64,000 nt of DNA from Acidobacteriota bacterium (lineage in GTDB: Bacteria > Acidobacteriota > UBA6911 > RPQK01 > CBDAPI01): assembly GCA_965205615.1 (NCBI GenBank), contig CBDBHK010000033.1, positions 102,822 to 166,821 of the forward strand, given 5' to 3'. Positions 52,477 through 60,978 of the stretch are shown in pieces; the first letter of the stretch is position 1, and every line of letters begins with the position of its first letter. Under the pieces are notes generated by a model. The model did not search any database. It saw only the letters and a program-made list of their open reading frames with translations, and was not told where the DNA came from. Both the position numbers and the translations under genes were made by a program.

Positions 52477-54101
52477 CCATCAACGGGCGTGAGACCACGG
52501 TTCCTGACGGAACCACGGTTATCCAGGCGGCCGAGAAGATGGGAATCTTCGTTCCCCGCTACTGCTATCATCCCGGGCTCTCTATCGCGGGCAACTGCCG
52601 CATCTGCCTCGTCGAAGTGGAAAAATTCCCCAAGCTCCAGATTGCCTGTAACCTGCCGGCCACGGAGGGGATGGTCGTGCACACCCTGAGCGACAAAGCC
52701 GAGGCCGGCCGCCGCGCCGTACTGGAGTTTCTGCTTGCCAACCACCCTCTGGACTGCCCGGTCTGCGACCAGTCCGGTGAGTGTGACCTGCAGAACTTCT
52801 ACATGAACTTCGGGCTCTACGACCCGCGCTTCAGGGAGCACAAAGTCAAGAAGCGAAAAGCCGTTGAAATAGGTCCGCATGTCATGCTGGATCAGGAACG
52901 CTGTATCCTCTGCTCCCGCTGTGTCCGCTTTACCGACGAGATCACGCGGACCGGGGAGTTCGGGATCTTTAACCGCGGAGACCGGGCTGAGCTGGGTCTG
53001 TGCCCCGACGAGGTGCTCGACAATCCCTACTCGGCCAACGTGGTGGACATCTGCCCGGTGGGGGCCCTGACCGAGGCTGATTTCCGTTTCAAGGCCAGGG
53101 TCTGGTACCTCTCCAGCGCTCCCACGGTATGCAACGGGTGCAGCCAGGGCTGTAACATGGATCTCCACTTTGTGCTCGACAGACCCCACCTGAACGACGG
53201 GGCACGGGTGGTGCGCATCAAGCCCCGTCCCAACCCGGATGTCAACCAGTGGTGGCTGTGCGATGAAGGGCGCTACGGCTTTGACTGGGTCGACCGGGAT
53301 CGCCTGGACAAGGTACGCGGCCCGTCGCCGGACGCGACCTGGGAGCGGGCCCTTACAGAGATCTCACTCGCCCTGGCCGGGTTGCGCCGGGAGGGAGCCG
53401 CAGCCCGGGAAGGGGCAGACTGTCGGATCGGCGTCATCGCTTCGGCCCAACTCACCACCGAGGAGCTCTTTTTGATCCGGGAAATCTTTCAGACCGCCCT
53501 GGGCGCCCGGGTGACGGCCCTGGTTCCTGAGGAACCGGGAACCAGCGATGACTTCCTGATCAAGGCGGATAAGAATCCGAATACCGCGGGTGCAACTCTG
53601 CTGGGCCTGGCCGGCCCGGACTCGCCGGAAGCCCGCCAGCTGGTGGACGAAGCGCTGGGCGGAACCCTCGACGTTCTGTGGGTCTTCGGGCACGATCTGG
53701 TGCGACCCTTCGGAGAAAAAACAGTCCGGCGACTGTCGGAGCAAGTGCCTCTCTTCGTGTTCTCGGGAACCAACAAAAATGCCACCGCGGCTCTGGCACA
53801 CTGGGTGCTTCCCACCGCAGCCTACATGGAGAAGGACGGGACCTTTGTGAACTGCCATGGCCGCGTCCAGCGCATCGGTTGCGCTTTTCCGCCTCTCGCG
53901 GACTCCCGGGAAGAGTGGCGCATTCTCCTGGAGGTGGCCACGAAGCTGGGTCTGTCTTTCGATTGGCGGAAACCGGAGGAGATCTTTGGGGGGATGAGCA
54001 GGACCTTGGCGCCTTTTCAGGGATTGAGTTATGCAAGGATCGGGGCCCAGGGGGTTGACCTGGGGACGGCCCAGCCCCCGGCCGGGAGGGCTGCACCATG
54101 A
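52464..54101 (+). CDS. nuoG: NADH-quinone oxidoreductase subunit G (short, 545-aa form)
   Basis: Starts at ATG 52464 (MPSLTINGRETTVPDG), overlapping the nuoEF end. 2Fe-2S CRICLVEV, HPLDCPVCDQSGEC, CILCSRCVRF, CPVGAL cluster motifs. Confidence 0.85.
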   Translation: MPSLTINGRETTVPDGTTVIQAAEKMGIFVPRYCYHPGLSIAGNCRICLVEVEKFPKLQIACNLPATEGMVVHTLSDKAEAGRRAVLEFLLANHPLDCPVCDQSGECDLQNFYMNFGLYDPRFREHKVKKRKAVEIGPHVMLDQERCILCSRCVRFTDEITRTGEFGIFNRGDRAELGLCPDEVLDNPYSANVVDICPVGALTEADFRFKARVWYLSSAPTVCNGCSQGCNMDLHFVLDRPHLNDGARVVRIKPRPNPDVNQWWLCDEGRYGFDWVDRDRLDKVRGPSPDATWERALTEISLALAGLRREGAAAREGADCRIGVIASAQLTTEELFLIREIFQTALGARVTALVPEEPGTSDDFLIKADKNPNTAGATLLGLAGPDSPEARQLVDEALGGTLDVLWVFGHDLVRPFGEKTVRRLSEQVPLFVFSGTNKNATAALAHWVLPTAAYMEKDGTFVNCHGRVQRIGCAFPPLADSREEWRILLEVATKLGLSFDWRKPEEIFGGMSRTLAPFQGLSYARIGAQGVDLGTAQPPAGRAAP

Positions 54102-55192
54102 TGGAAGTTCTGATCATCAAGGTGGCGCTGGCCGGCGTCGTTTTTTTCGGGATCTTGAACTTCGCAGGGTTTCACACCTGGGTGGAGCGCAAACAGTCGG
54201 CCCTGATCCAGGACCGGATCGGTGCCAATCGGGCCTCGATCTTCGGATTCCGGGCGCTGGGACTTTTCCACGGCCTGGCCGATGTGCTCAAGATGTTCAC
54301 CAAAGAGGACATCGTCCCCACAGGGGCCGACAGGACGCTCCACACCCTGGCCCCGCTGTTCTCGGTGTTTTTTGCTCTGGTGGCCTTTGCCGCGATCCCT
54401 TTTGGAGACCGCCTCATCCTGGGCGACGGTCTGGTTATCGACCTGCAGGTGGCCAAGATCGACGCGGCTCTGCTCTATGTCTTCGCCATGCTCTCGCTCG
54501 GGGTCTACGGCGTGATTCTGGCCGGCTTCGCCTCGGGCAGCAACTACGCCATCATCGGGGGGCTGAGAGCCATGGCGCAGATGATCTCCTACGAGATCGC
54601 CCTGGGCATTGCCGTTGTCGGAGTGATCATGGTCTATGGGACCATGGATCTGGGTGAACTGGTGCGGGGCCAGGGGTACCTGATCGGCGGGTGGATCCCC
54701 TTCTGGGGCTTTCTCGCCCAGCCGGTCGCCTTCTTCATCTTCGTGACGGCGGCCCTGGCTGAAACCAAGCGACTTCCCTTCGACCTGCCGGAAGGCGAGT
54801 CGGAGATTATCGGATACTTTGTGGAGTACAGCGGCATGAAGTTCGGGATGTTTTTCCTCACGGATTTCCTGGAAACCATCATGGTCGCCTGTCTGGCCAC
54901 AACGCTTTTCTTCGGCGGCTGGCAGGTGCCTTTTCTGATGCCGGACGGTTTCCACTTCCCCTGGGGGGCACAGCTGCCGGTTCCCCATTTGATGTATGTG
55001 CTTCTCGGGGTGGCCAGCTTTTCAACCAAGGTCGTGATTTTCTGCTGGTTCTTCATGCAACTGCGCTGGACCCTGCCGCGCTTCCGCTACGACCAGCTCA
55101 TGAGTCTGGGCTGGAAGGGGCTCTTTCCCATCGCAGTGGCGAACGTGGTGGTGACAGCCGTAGTGCTGGTCTTTTTCGGGGAGGCGTCGTGA
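54098..55192 (+). CDS. nuoH: NADH-quinone oxidoreductase subunit H
   Basis: 364 aa. NuoH/ND1 motifs (SGSNYAIIGGLRAMAQMISYEI, EAKRLPFDLPEGESE). Confidence 0.9.
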   Translation: MMEVLIIKVALAGVVFFGILNFAGFHTWVERKQSALIQDRIGANRASIFGFRALGLFHGLADVLKMFTKEDIVPTGADRTLHTLAPLFSVFFALVAFAAIPFGDRLILGDGLVIDLQVAKIDAALLYVFAMLSLGVYGVILAGFASGSNYAIIGGLRAMAQMISYEIALGIAVVGVIMVYGTMDLGELVRGQGYLIGGWIPFWGFLAQPVAFFIFVTAALAETKRLPFDLPEGESEIIGYFVEYSGMKFGMFFLTDFLETIMVACLATTLFFGGWQVPFLMPDGFHFPWGAQLPVPHLMYVLLGVASFSTKVVIFCWFFMQLRWTLPRFRYDQLMSLGWKGLFPIAVANVVVTAVVLVFFGEAS

Positions 55193-55818
55193 TGGCCGTA
55201 AAAGTAGTCAGCAGACCCGAATTGACTTTCTGGGAAAAGCTCTACGTTCCGCAGATCCTGTGCGGCCTCAAAATCACCTCGGCCCATTTCTTCCGAAATC
55301 TTTTTCTTCACATCCTCCACCTCATCGGTCGCTTCAAGCATCTGCCCGCCTCGGTGACGATTCAATACCCCGATGAGCTGAGGCCGCTCATGTCGCGCTT
55401 CCGCAGTCGCCACCGGCTCACTCTGCGCGAGGATGACACCCCGCGCTGTGTGGGGTGCATGCTTTGCGAGACCGTCTGCCCGGCCAAATGCATCACGATC
55501 GTGCCCGGCGAGCACCCCGATCCCCACATCGAGAAGTATCCAATCCGCTTCGACATCGACCTGGGGATTTGCGTTTACTGCGGGTACTGCGTCGAGGCCT
55601 GCCCGGAGGACGCCATCCGAATGGACACAGGTATCCTCGACATCGCGGCCTACTCCAGGGAAGCAATGCAACTGGACATCCATGAGCTCATGGACCCGAA
55701 GTTACGGAAGCCGATCAAGGACTGCAGCCTGGAGTTCCCCCACCAGTGCGAGCTGCACGGTGGAGACATGAAGGGCAGCTGGGAAGCGGTGGATGGCTCG
55801 GTGGGACAAAAAGCCTAG
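55189..55818 (+). CDS. nuoI: NADH-quinone oxidoreductase subunit I (with ~50-aa C-terminal extension)
   Basis: Two 4Fe-4S ferredoxin motifs (CVGCMLCETVCP, CVYCGYCVEACP). 209 aa, longer than typical NuoI. Confidence 0.85.
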   Translation: MMAVKVVSRPELTFWEKLYVPQILCGLKITSAHFFRNLFLHILHLIGRFKHLPASVTIQYPDELRPLMSRFRSRHRLTLREDDTPRCVGCMLCETVCPAKCITIVPGEHPDPHIEKYPIRFDIDLGICVYCGYCVEACPEDAIRMDTGILDIAAYSREAMQLDIHELMDPKLRKPIKDCSLEFPHQCELHGGDMKGSWEAVDGSVGQKA

Positions 55819-55940
55819 ACACGGTCCGCCGAATGACTCTACAGTGGTTCGAGGTTCAGCAGTACACGAACCAGGCCCGCAGGCCATCGAGCCGCAATCT
55901 TGCCGAGCATGGAGTTCAATATGGGGATCATCAGTACTAA

Positions 55941-57664
55941 CCCGCATAGATCACCGATAGGACCTGAAAAGGCCGCCCTGTTTGGTATAAAGCGTTTTGA
56001 ATGAAAGACTTCAAAGCCAAACGGAGGCGGCCCTTATGAGAACAGAGTGTAAACAAGACAGGTTCGAATTTCACGGACTATTTCAACGCAAAGTGAAGGC
56101 GCGGTTCGACGGCGGGAAGATCACCTCCGATGCAGGGGTGCTGCTGTTGCGAGAGGTCGAGAGGGGGACGGGTCTGATCGCCGGACTGGCTGAGTGTTTC
56201 AGGGATCACCGGGATCCGCGGTTGATCGAACACACGGTCGAGGAGTTGTTGGGGCAGCGCATCTACGGACTCTGTCTGGGGTACGAGGATCTGAACGATC
56301 ATGATCAGTTGCGCACCGATCCGATGCTGGCGGTGGCGGTGAATAAGGCCGATCCGTTGGGGGAGAGGCGGCGGCAGGCCTCAGATCGGGGGAAGGCGCT
56401 GGCGGGCAGGTGTACGCTGAACCGGTTGGAGTTGACCGGCGCCGAGGTCGATGAGCAGGAGCGGTACAAGAAGATCGCGATGGACCCGGACCGGATCGAC
56501 GGCTGGATGGTGGATGCCTTCGTGGAGTCCCACGAATCGGCGCCCGAGGAGATGGTGCTGGATCTGGATGCGACCGACGACCCGATCCATGGCCAGCAGG
56601 AAGGCCGGTTCTTTCACGGTTACTACCGCCACTACTGTTATCTCCCGCTGTACATCTTCTCGGGGGAGCATCTGCTGTGCGCCCGGTTGCGGTGTTCCAA
56701 TATCGATGGGGCCGCGGGATCGGTGGAGGAACTGGAACGGATCGTCGGCCGGATTCGGCAGAGCTGGCCGGAGGTCTCGATCGTCATCCGGGCCGACTCG
56801 GGCTTTTGCCGGGATGACTTGCTCCGCTGGTGTGAAGACCATCACGTGGATTACGTGATGGGGTTGGCCAACAATGATCGGCTCAAGTCAGAGAGAGCCG
56901 AAGCGATGACTCAGGCCGAAGCCGAGTTCAACGCCACCGGGCGACCGGCGCGGGTGTTCAAGGATTTCCGCTACCGGACTCGCCACAGTTGGACCTCGGA
57001 GCGACGCGTCGTCGGCAAGGCCGAGTTCCTGGACAAAGGCGCCAATCCCCGATTCGTCGTCACCTCCCTGTCGCCGGAACGCCTGGGGGCCCGCGCGCTC
57101 TACGAAGACTTCTACTGTGCGCGGGGCGACATGGAGAACCGCATAAAAGAACAGCAGTTGGGTCTGTTCGCCGACCGGACCAGCGCGCCAATCAACTCCG
57201 GCTGTATCTGTCCTCCGCCGCCTACATGCTCATGCACGCCTTGCGTCGTCTCGGACTGAAGCAGACCCCCCTGGCTCGCGCTCAGTGTCAGACGATTCGC
57301 TTGAAGCTCCTCAAGATCGGCGCCCAGGTCCGCCTCACGGTCCGCCACGTCTGGATCTCCATGTCGGAAGCCTATCCCTACAGCGAGGTCTTCGCTGCCG
57401 TCGTTCGAAACCTCCAGGCCATTCCTCTGCGCTGCTGAGGTCTGTCCCGATCAAACGCCCCCAAAAACGAAATCGTTCCATCGCTCAGGCCGAGCTCTGC
57501 CTGAATACATTCCGTCACGCTCTTCCGAACCCGAAAAACGCTCCATTCACGACCATCCACACCACCGCATCACTCGACCTGGACCGGATCGATAGCGAAA
57601 CTCTCAGAAAACCGTTCCGGCCTGCCAAAATCACCTTCATTTCCAAATCGGTGATCTATGCGGG
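55941..57664 (+). mobile_element. IS1380-family insertion sequence, copy 2 (inverted relative to copy 1; transposase inactivated by 13-bp deletion)
   Basis: Perfect 18-bp terminal inverted repeats cccgcatagatcaccgat (55941-55958) / atcggtgatctatgcggg (57647-57664). Flanks ctaa / ctag. Internal sequence near-identical to copy 1. Confidence 0.8.
55997..57438 (+). pseudogene. IS1380-family transposase with 13-nt deletion (gcaacgatgcgcg missing after 57187) causing frameshift
   Basis: Direct DNA comparison with copy 1: accagcgcg|ccaatc here versus accagcgcg-gcaacgatgcgcg-ccaatc in copy 1. The deletion is flanked by a gcgcg microhomology. The ORF splits into 55997-57259 and 56989-57438. Confidence 0.8.
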
Positions 57665-57667
57665 CTA

Positions 57668-58806
57668 GTGGTGAGACATAGAAGTAACACTATAGTTTCT
57701 TCCAAATGTAAGGCCTCGGATTTTCATTGAGGTAGCTGATGCCCTTCTGCAGCCCCGCTTCGATTTGTGCCGGTGTCCGATAATCGGTGTTCTGCAAGGC
57801 GGTCAGGTGTAGGGTCGCAAAGTAGGATTCGATCAAATTGAGCCAGGAACTATTGGTGGGCGTCCAATGCAGTTGAATTCGCCGGCAGTGCTGGGCCAAG
57901 AATTTGCGGACTGGCGGAGCCTTGTGTGGGCGCTCAGATTGTCCAGAATGAGATGGATTCGCCCTTCGGGCCACTCCCGCAGGACCACCTCCTGCAGAAA
58001 GGCCCGACAGTTGTCGCTGTTTTTGTTGGGAGTTGAGCGGCCCACGGCCCGACCGGTGTGAGGAGAAAATGCGGCGAAGAACTGCAGAACTCCATGCTTG
58101 CGTTGGTAGCGGTTGGATCGGGGGGCGGCGCGGACTCCCCAGCTGCGCCCGCCCCGCGGAATGGTCTGCAAAGGTCCCAACTCGTCGAAGCAGACCACGG
58201 GGCCATCGTCCGGAGGATGCCGATAGAGCCGGATTATGGCGTTTTTTTTACTTCGTAGTCCGGGTCGGTACTCCGGCACCAGCTTTGACCGGTCAGAAAA
58301 CGCAGCCCATGGCGATGAAGAATGCGCCGGATGGTCTCGCGGCTCAGCACCTCTTCTTGGGCGCGCAGGTAGCCTTCCAGCTTGATCAGCGACCAGGTGG
58401 TAAAGGGCAAACCCAGATCCGGAGGGCGGGAGGTGGCCGCCTCGATCACCCGTGTTTCGGTCTTTTGATCGTAGAGTCGGGGTCGGCCCGGCCGCGGGAG
58501 TCCCAGCAGACGAGGCAATCCCTCGCTCTGGAAACGCTTGGCCCATGCGTGGGCGTTGGTGTAATGCAGACCCGTGATTACAGAAGCTTGCGCGAGGTTG
58601 TAGCCTGCCGCCAAAAGCCAGATCAAGCGACATCGGCGAAAAACCGAAGCGGAAGTCTTTTCGGCCCTCAGCAGACGTTGCAGTTCGAGCAGTTCGTCCG
58701 CCGCGAGGGATCGCAGTGGAAACCGTTTGTTGGCCATTGACTGCGATCATACTATGCGGCCTCTTTTCAGGCAATTAAATATAGTAGTATTATGTGTCAC
58801 GCCACT
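57668..58806 (-). mobile_element. IS630 (Tc1/mariner)-family insertion sequence, TA-flanked, transposase frameshifted
   Basis: Imperfect terminal inverted repeats gtggtgagacatagaagtaacactatag (57668-) and ctatagtagtattatgtgtcacgccac (-58806). TA on both flanks (57666-57667; 58807-58808). 1139 bp. Confidence 0.65.
57690..58737 (-). pseudogene. IS630-family DDE transposase, split over three reading frames
   Basis: HTH N-terminus (58234-58737: RCRLIWLLAAGYNLAQASVITGLHYTNAHAWAKRF). DDE core (57833-58774 frame). C-terminus (57690-57974: WLNLIESYFATL). At least two frame changes. Confidence 0.65.
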
Positions 58807-59206
58807 AGGTCTTCCACCCAGAAGGTCTAACGGGTTGTAGTTCACTGTGAGCGGCCTCGTTCAACACATCGCCGACCCATTGATTCAAACTCTTTCCCGC
58901 GGCGGTTGCAGCTTCTACCGCCTCCTGGTGAAGTTCCGGTGGTATGCGGACATTGAACTTGCCAGAAAACTTCTTGCGAGGTTCTATACCACGTTGCTCG
59001 CATGCTTTTAGAAAGACCTTAAGGGAGGTCGCACCCTCTTTACGTAGCCCCTTAATATCGGAGGCGTAAAAGTCAGCTCCGCCGTTCAGCCCGATAAATT
59101 CCCCGCGGATCATATCGATGTCTGGATCGTAAGTGACAACGGCCTTGAAGCCACTGATGTCCAATGTATTGCTCATCATGGTGTTACTCCGTTTGCCTTC
59201 AGCCAA
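58805..59206 (-). CDS. hicB: HicB-family antitoxin (type II toxin-antitoxin)
   Basis: VVTYDPDIDMIRGEFIGLNGGADFYASDIKGLRKEGATSLKVFLKACEQRGIEPRKKFSGKFNVRIPPELHQEAVEAATAAGKSLNQWV matches the HicB N-domain plus C-terminal RHH (SGKFNLRIPPELH...GKSLNQWV) consensus. Alternative start MMSNTLD at 59179. Confidence 0.75.
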   Translation of the reverse strand: MAEGKRSNTMMSNTLDISGFKAVVTYDPDIDMIRGEFIGLNGGADFYASDIKGLRKEGATSLKVFLKACEQRGIEPRKKFSGKFNVRIPPELHQEAVEAATAAGKSLNQWVGDVLNEAAHSELQPVRPSGWKT

Positions 59207-59367
59207 TCTCTCACGCTTGCGACAGCGCCTTTGTCAGTGGAGGGGCTAGGGTGGGGGCGATGGTACACTCGCACCTCACCCAACAGAAAAACTACTACAC
59301 GGCTTCCTTCGCGCTCCTCCAGTTCAGCACCCAATTCCTTCAGCAAGCCCTTAACATCAACCCACTT
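59176..59367 (-). CDS. hicA: Putative HicA-like toxin, 5' end abutting (possibly truncated by) the IS3 left end
   Basis: C-terminal 63 aa of the 59176-59481 ORF, KGLLKELGAELEEREGSRVVVFLLGEVRVYHRPHPSPSTDKGAVASVRDWLKANGV, loosely follows the HicA pattern (LLEKDGW..GSH....HP...V..H...l..Gtl.sILKqAG). The upstream part of the ORF lies inside IS3-A and is not counted. No ATG precedes it. Confidence 0.35.
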   Translation of the reverse strand, partial: KWVDVKGLLKELGAELEEREGSRVVVFLLGEVRVYHRPHPSPSTDKGAVASVRDWLKANGVTP

Positions 59368-59421
59368 TGGAGTTCCCCCGGTTTCGTGGACACCTAATCC
59401 TTTGGGAGAATGGAGGACACG

Positions 59422-59736
59422 ATGCCAAGAACAAGACGAGCTTATCCACCCGAGTTTCGCCAGCAGATAGTCGAGCTTCATCGAGCCGGGCGCAGCCCCG
59501 GTGAGCTGGCCCGAGAGTTTGAACCCAACGAACAGACGATCCGCAACTGGATCGCCCAGGCAGACCTGGATGAAGGCCGTCGTAGAGACGGCCTGACGAC
59601 GGTAGAACGAGCCGAGCTGCGGAAGTTGCGCAAAGAAAATAGGCAGCTGAGGGTTGAGCGGGAAATATTGGCAAAAGCCGCGGCCTGGTTCGCACGGGAG
59701 AGCGATCCGATTTCCAAGAAGTCTTCAGGTTCGTGA
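59422..59736 (+). CDS. IS3-family transposase OrfA (HTH + leucine zipper)
   Basis: MPRTRRAYPPEFRQQIVELHRAGRSPGELAREF...LRKLRKENRQLRVEREILAKAAAWFARE. Stop overlaps the orfB ATG (ATGA). Confidence 0.7.
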   Translation: MPRTRRAYPPEFRQQIVELHRAGRSPGELAREFEPNEQTIRNWIAQADLDEGRRRDGLTTVERAELRKLRKENRQLRVEREILAKAAAWFARESDPISKKSSGS

Positions 59737-60121
59737 AAGTGAATCAGGCCGACTATCCAATCACCACCATGTGCCGTTTGCTGGGTGTCTCCACCAGTGG
59801 CTACTACGCGTGGGTCGATCGCGGACCTTCGACTCGCGATGAAGCGAATGCTCGTCTTCTGGAAACAATCAACGGGATCCACCAGCAAAGTCGTCGGACC
59901 TATGGAGCTCCCCGCATTACGGCGGAACTTCGAGAGGAAGGTCACCTGGTGGGCAAAAACCGGGTGGCCCGACTGATGAAAGTCGCCGGCATTGAAGGCG
60001 TTAGCCGCAGACGCAAGACACGCACGACCCTGAGAGGCCAAGACAGCCGTCCGGCTCCGGATCTGGTGGAGCGAAACTTCCAGGTCAGCCGCCCCAACCG
60101 ACTGTGGGTTGCAGACATCAG

Positions 60122-60742
60122 TGTGCCGCAGCAAGCGGCGTGAGAGATGGGAGTAGGCCTCCCGCAACCGGCTTGCAGGAGCAGGTTGCAAACCACCGTA
60201 AGTGGCTGTGGTCAAAAGCCGCGGTCGTGAGCGTTACGGAAAAGGTGCTCTAGAAGCATCAGGTGTGGATCAGGAAGACGAACACAAGTGAACCACCGTT
60301 CAAGTGCCGAAAGGACGAGATGGTGTCGAAACCGGGGAGTTGATGTTGCCCCGGGACGAATCTGGCGGAAACCTGTCTACTGGCCAGGTGGCACCCGGCA
60401 TAGAGGTGGCGTGAGCTTGATCTGGGCTCTCATGTTGAACTGCGGGAACCTGGAGCAACGATGCTAAGAGAAAGGCACAAGCAGAGAACCTGCGAGGCCG
60501 ACAGTATCGAAGCGTTGCCCAGGGGCGGACAAGCTCGTAGTAGCGATGAGGCTGTCGTAATGGCAGCGGAGCGAAGGGGCTTGGTCACTCGGCTACAGAC
60601 AAGCGGCCAACTGCTAGGCAGGAGGAGCCCTTGAAAGTAGCAAAGCCATTTTGTGGCTTGAGTGATAGGAGCCGGATGAGCTGAGAGGTTCACGTCCGGT
60701 TCTTGGAGGGGCTGGGGGTGAGACTCCCCCGGCCTACTCAAC
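60122..60742 (+). mobile_element. ORF-less group II intron (621 nt) inserted in IS3-A orfB
   Basis: 5' GUGUG (60122-60126). 3' end ...AAC (60742). Domain V gagccggatgagctgagaggttcacgtccggttct (60669-60703) with AGC triad, G-U pair, AC bulge and GAGA tetraloop. Domain VI hairpin ggggctggggg-tgagact-cccccggcc with bulged A 60736, 7 nt from the 3' end. Candidate EBS1 TGATGT (60351-60356, in a ccgggg/ccccgg hairpin loop) complementary to the last 6 exon nt ACATCA. No RT ORF inside. Confidence 0.75.
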
Positions 60743-60978
60743 CGTACGTGCCGAGTTGGGCAGGTTTCGTCTACCTGGCCGTAGTGGTCGACGCTTTCAG
60801 TCGTCGAGTGGTCGGCTGGTCGCTCAGAAATGATCTCAAGACCCGGCTAGTGACCGATGCCCTGCAAATGGCACTTCAAGAGCGTGAATCCGACGGGGTG
60901 ATCCATCACTCGGACCAGGGGACGGAACGTGTCAACAACTTTGAGACACTTTGGTGAATAAATTACTGTAGTTTCATC

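Noticed and set aside
59368-59481. N-terminal 38 aa of the 59176-59481 minus-strand ORF resembling HicA (LLAKLGW...HRVLHSPKG)
   Set aside because: This stretch is the antisense strand of the IS3-A left end and orfA start (clearly homologous IS3 sequence), so the resemblance is coincidental. Only the portion outside the IS (59176-59367) was kept as a tentative hicA.
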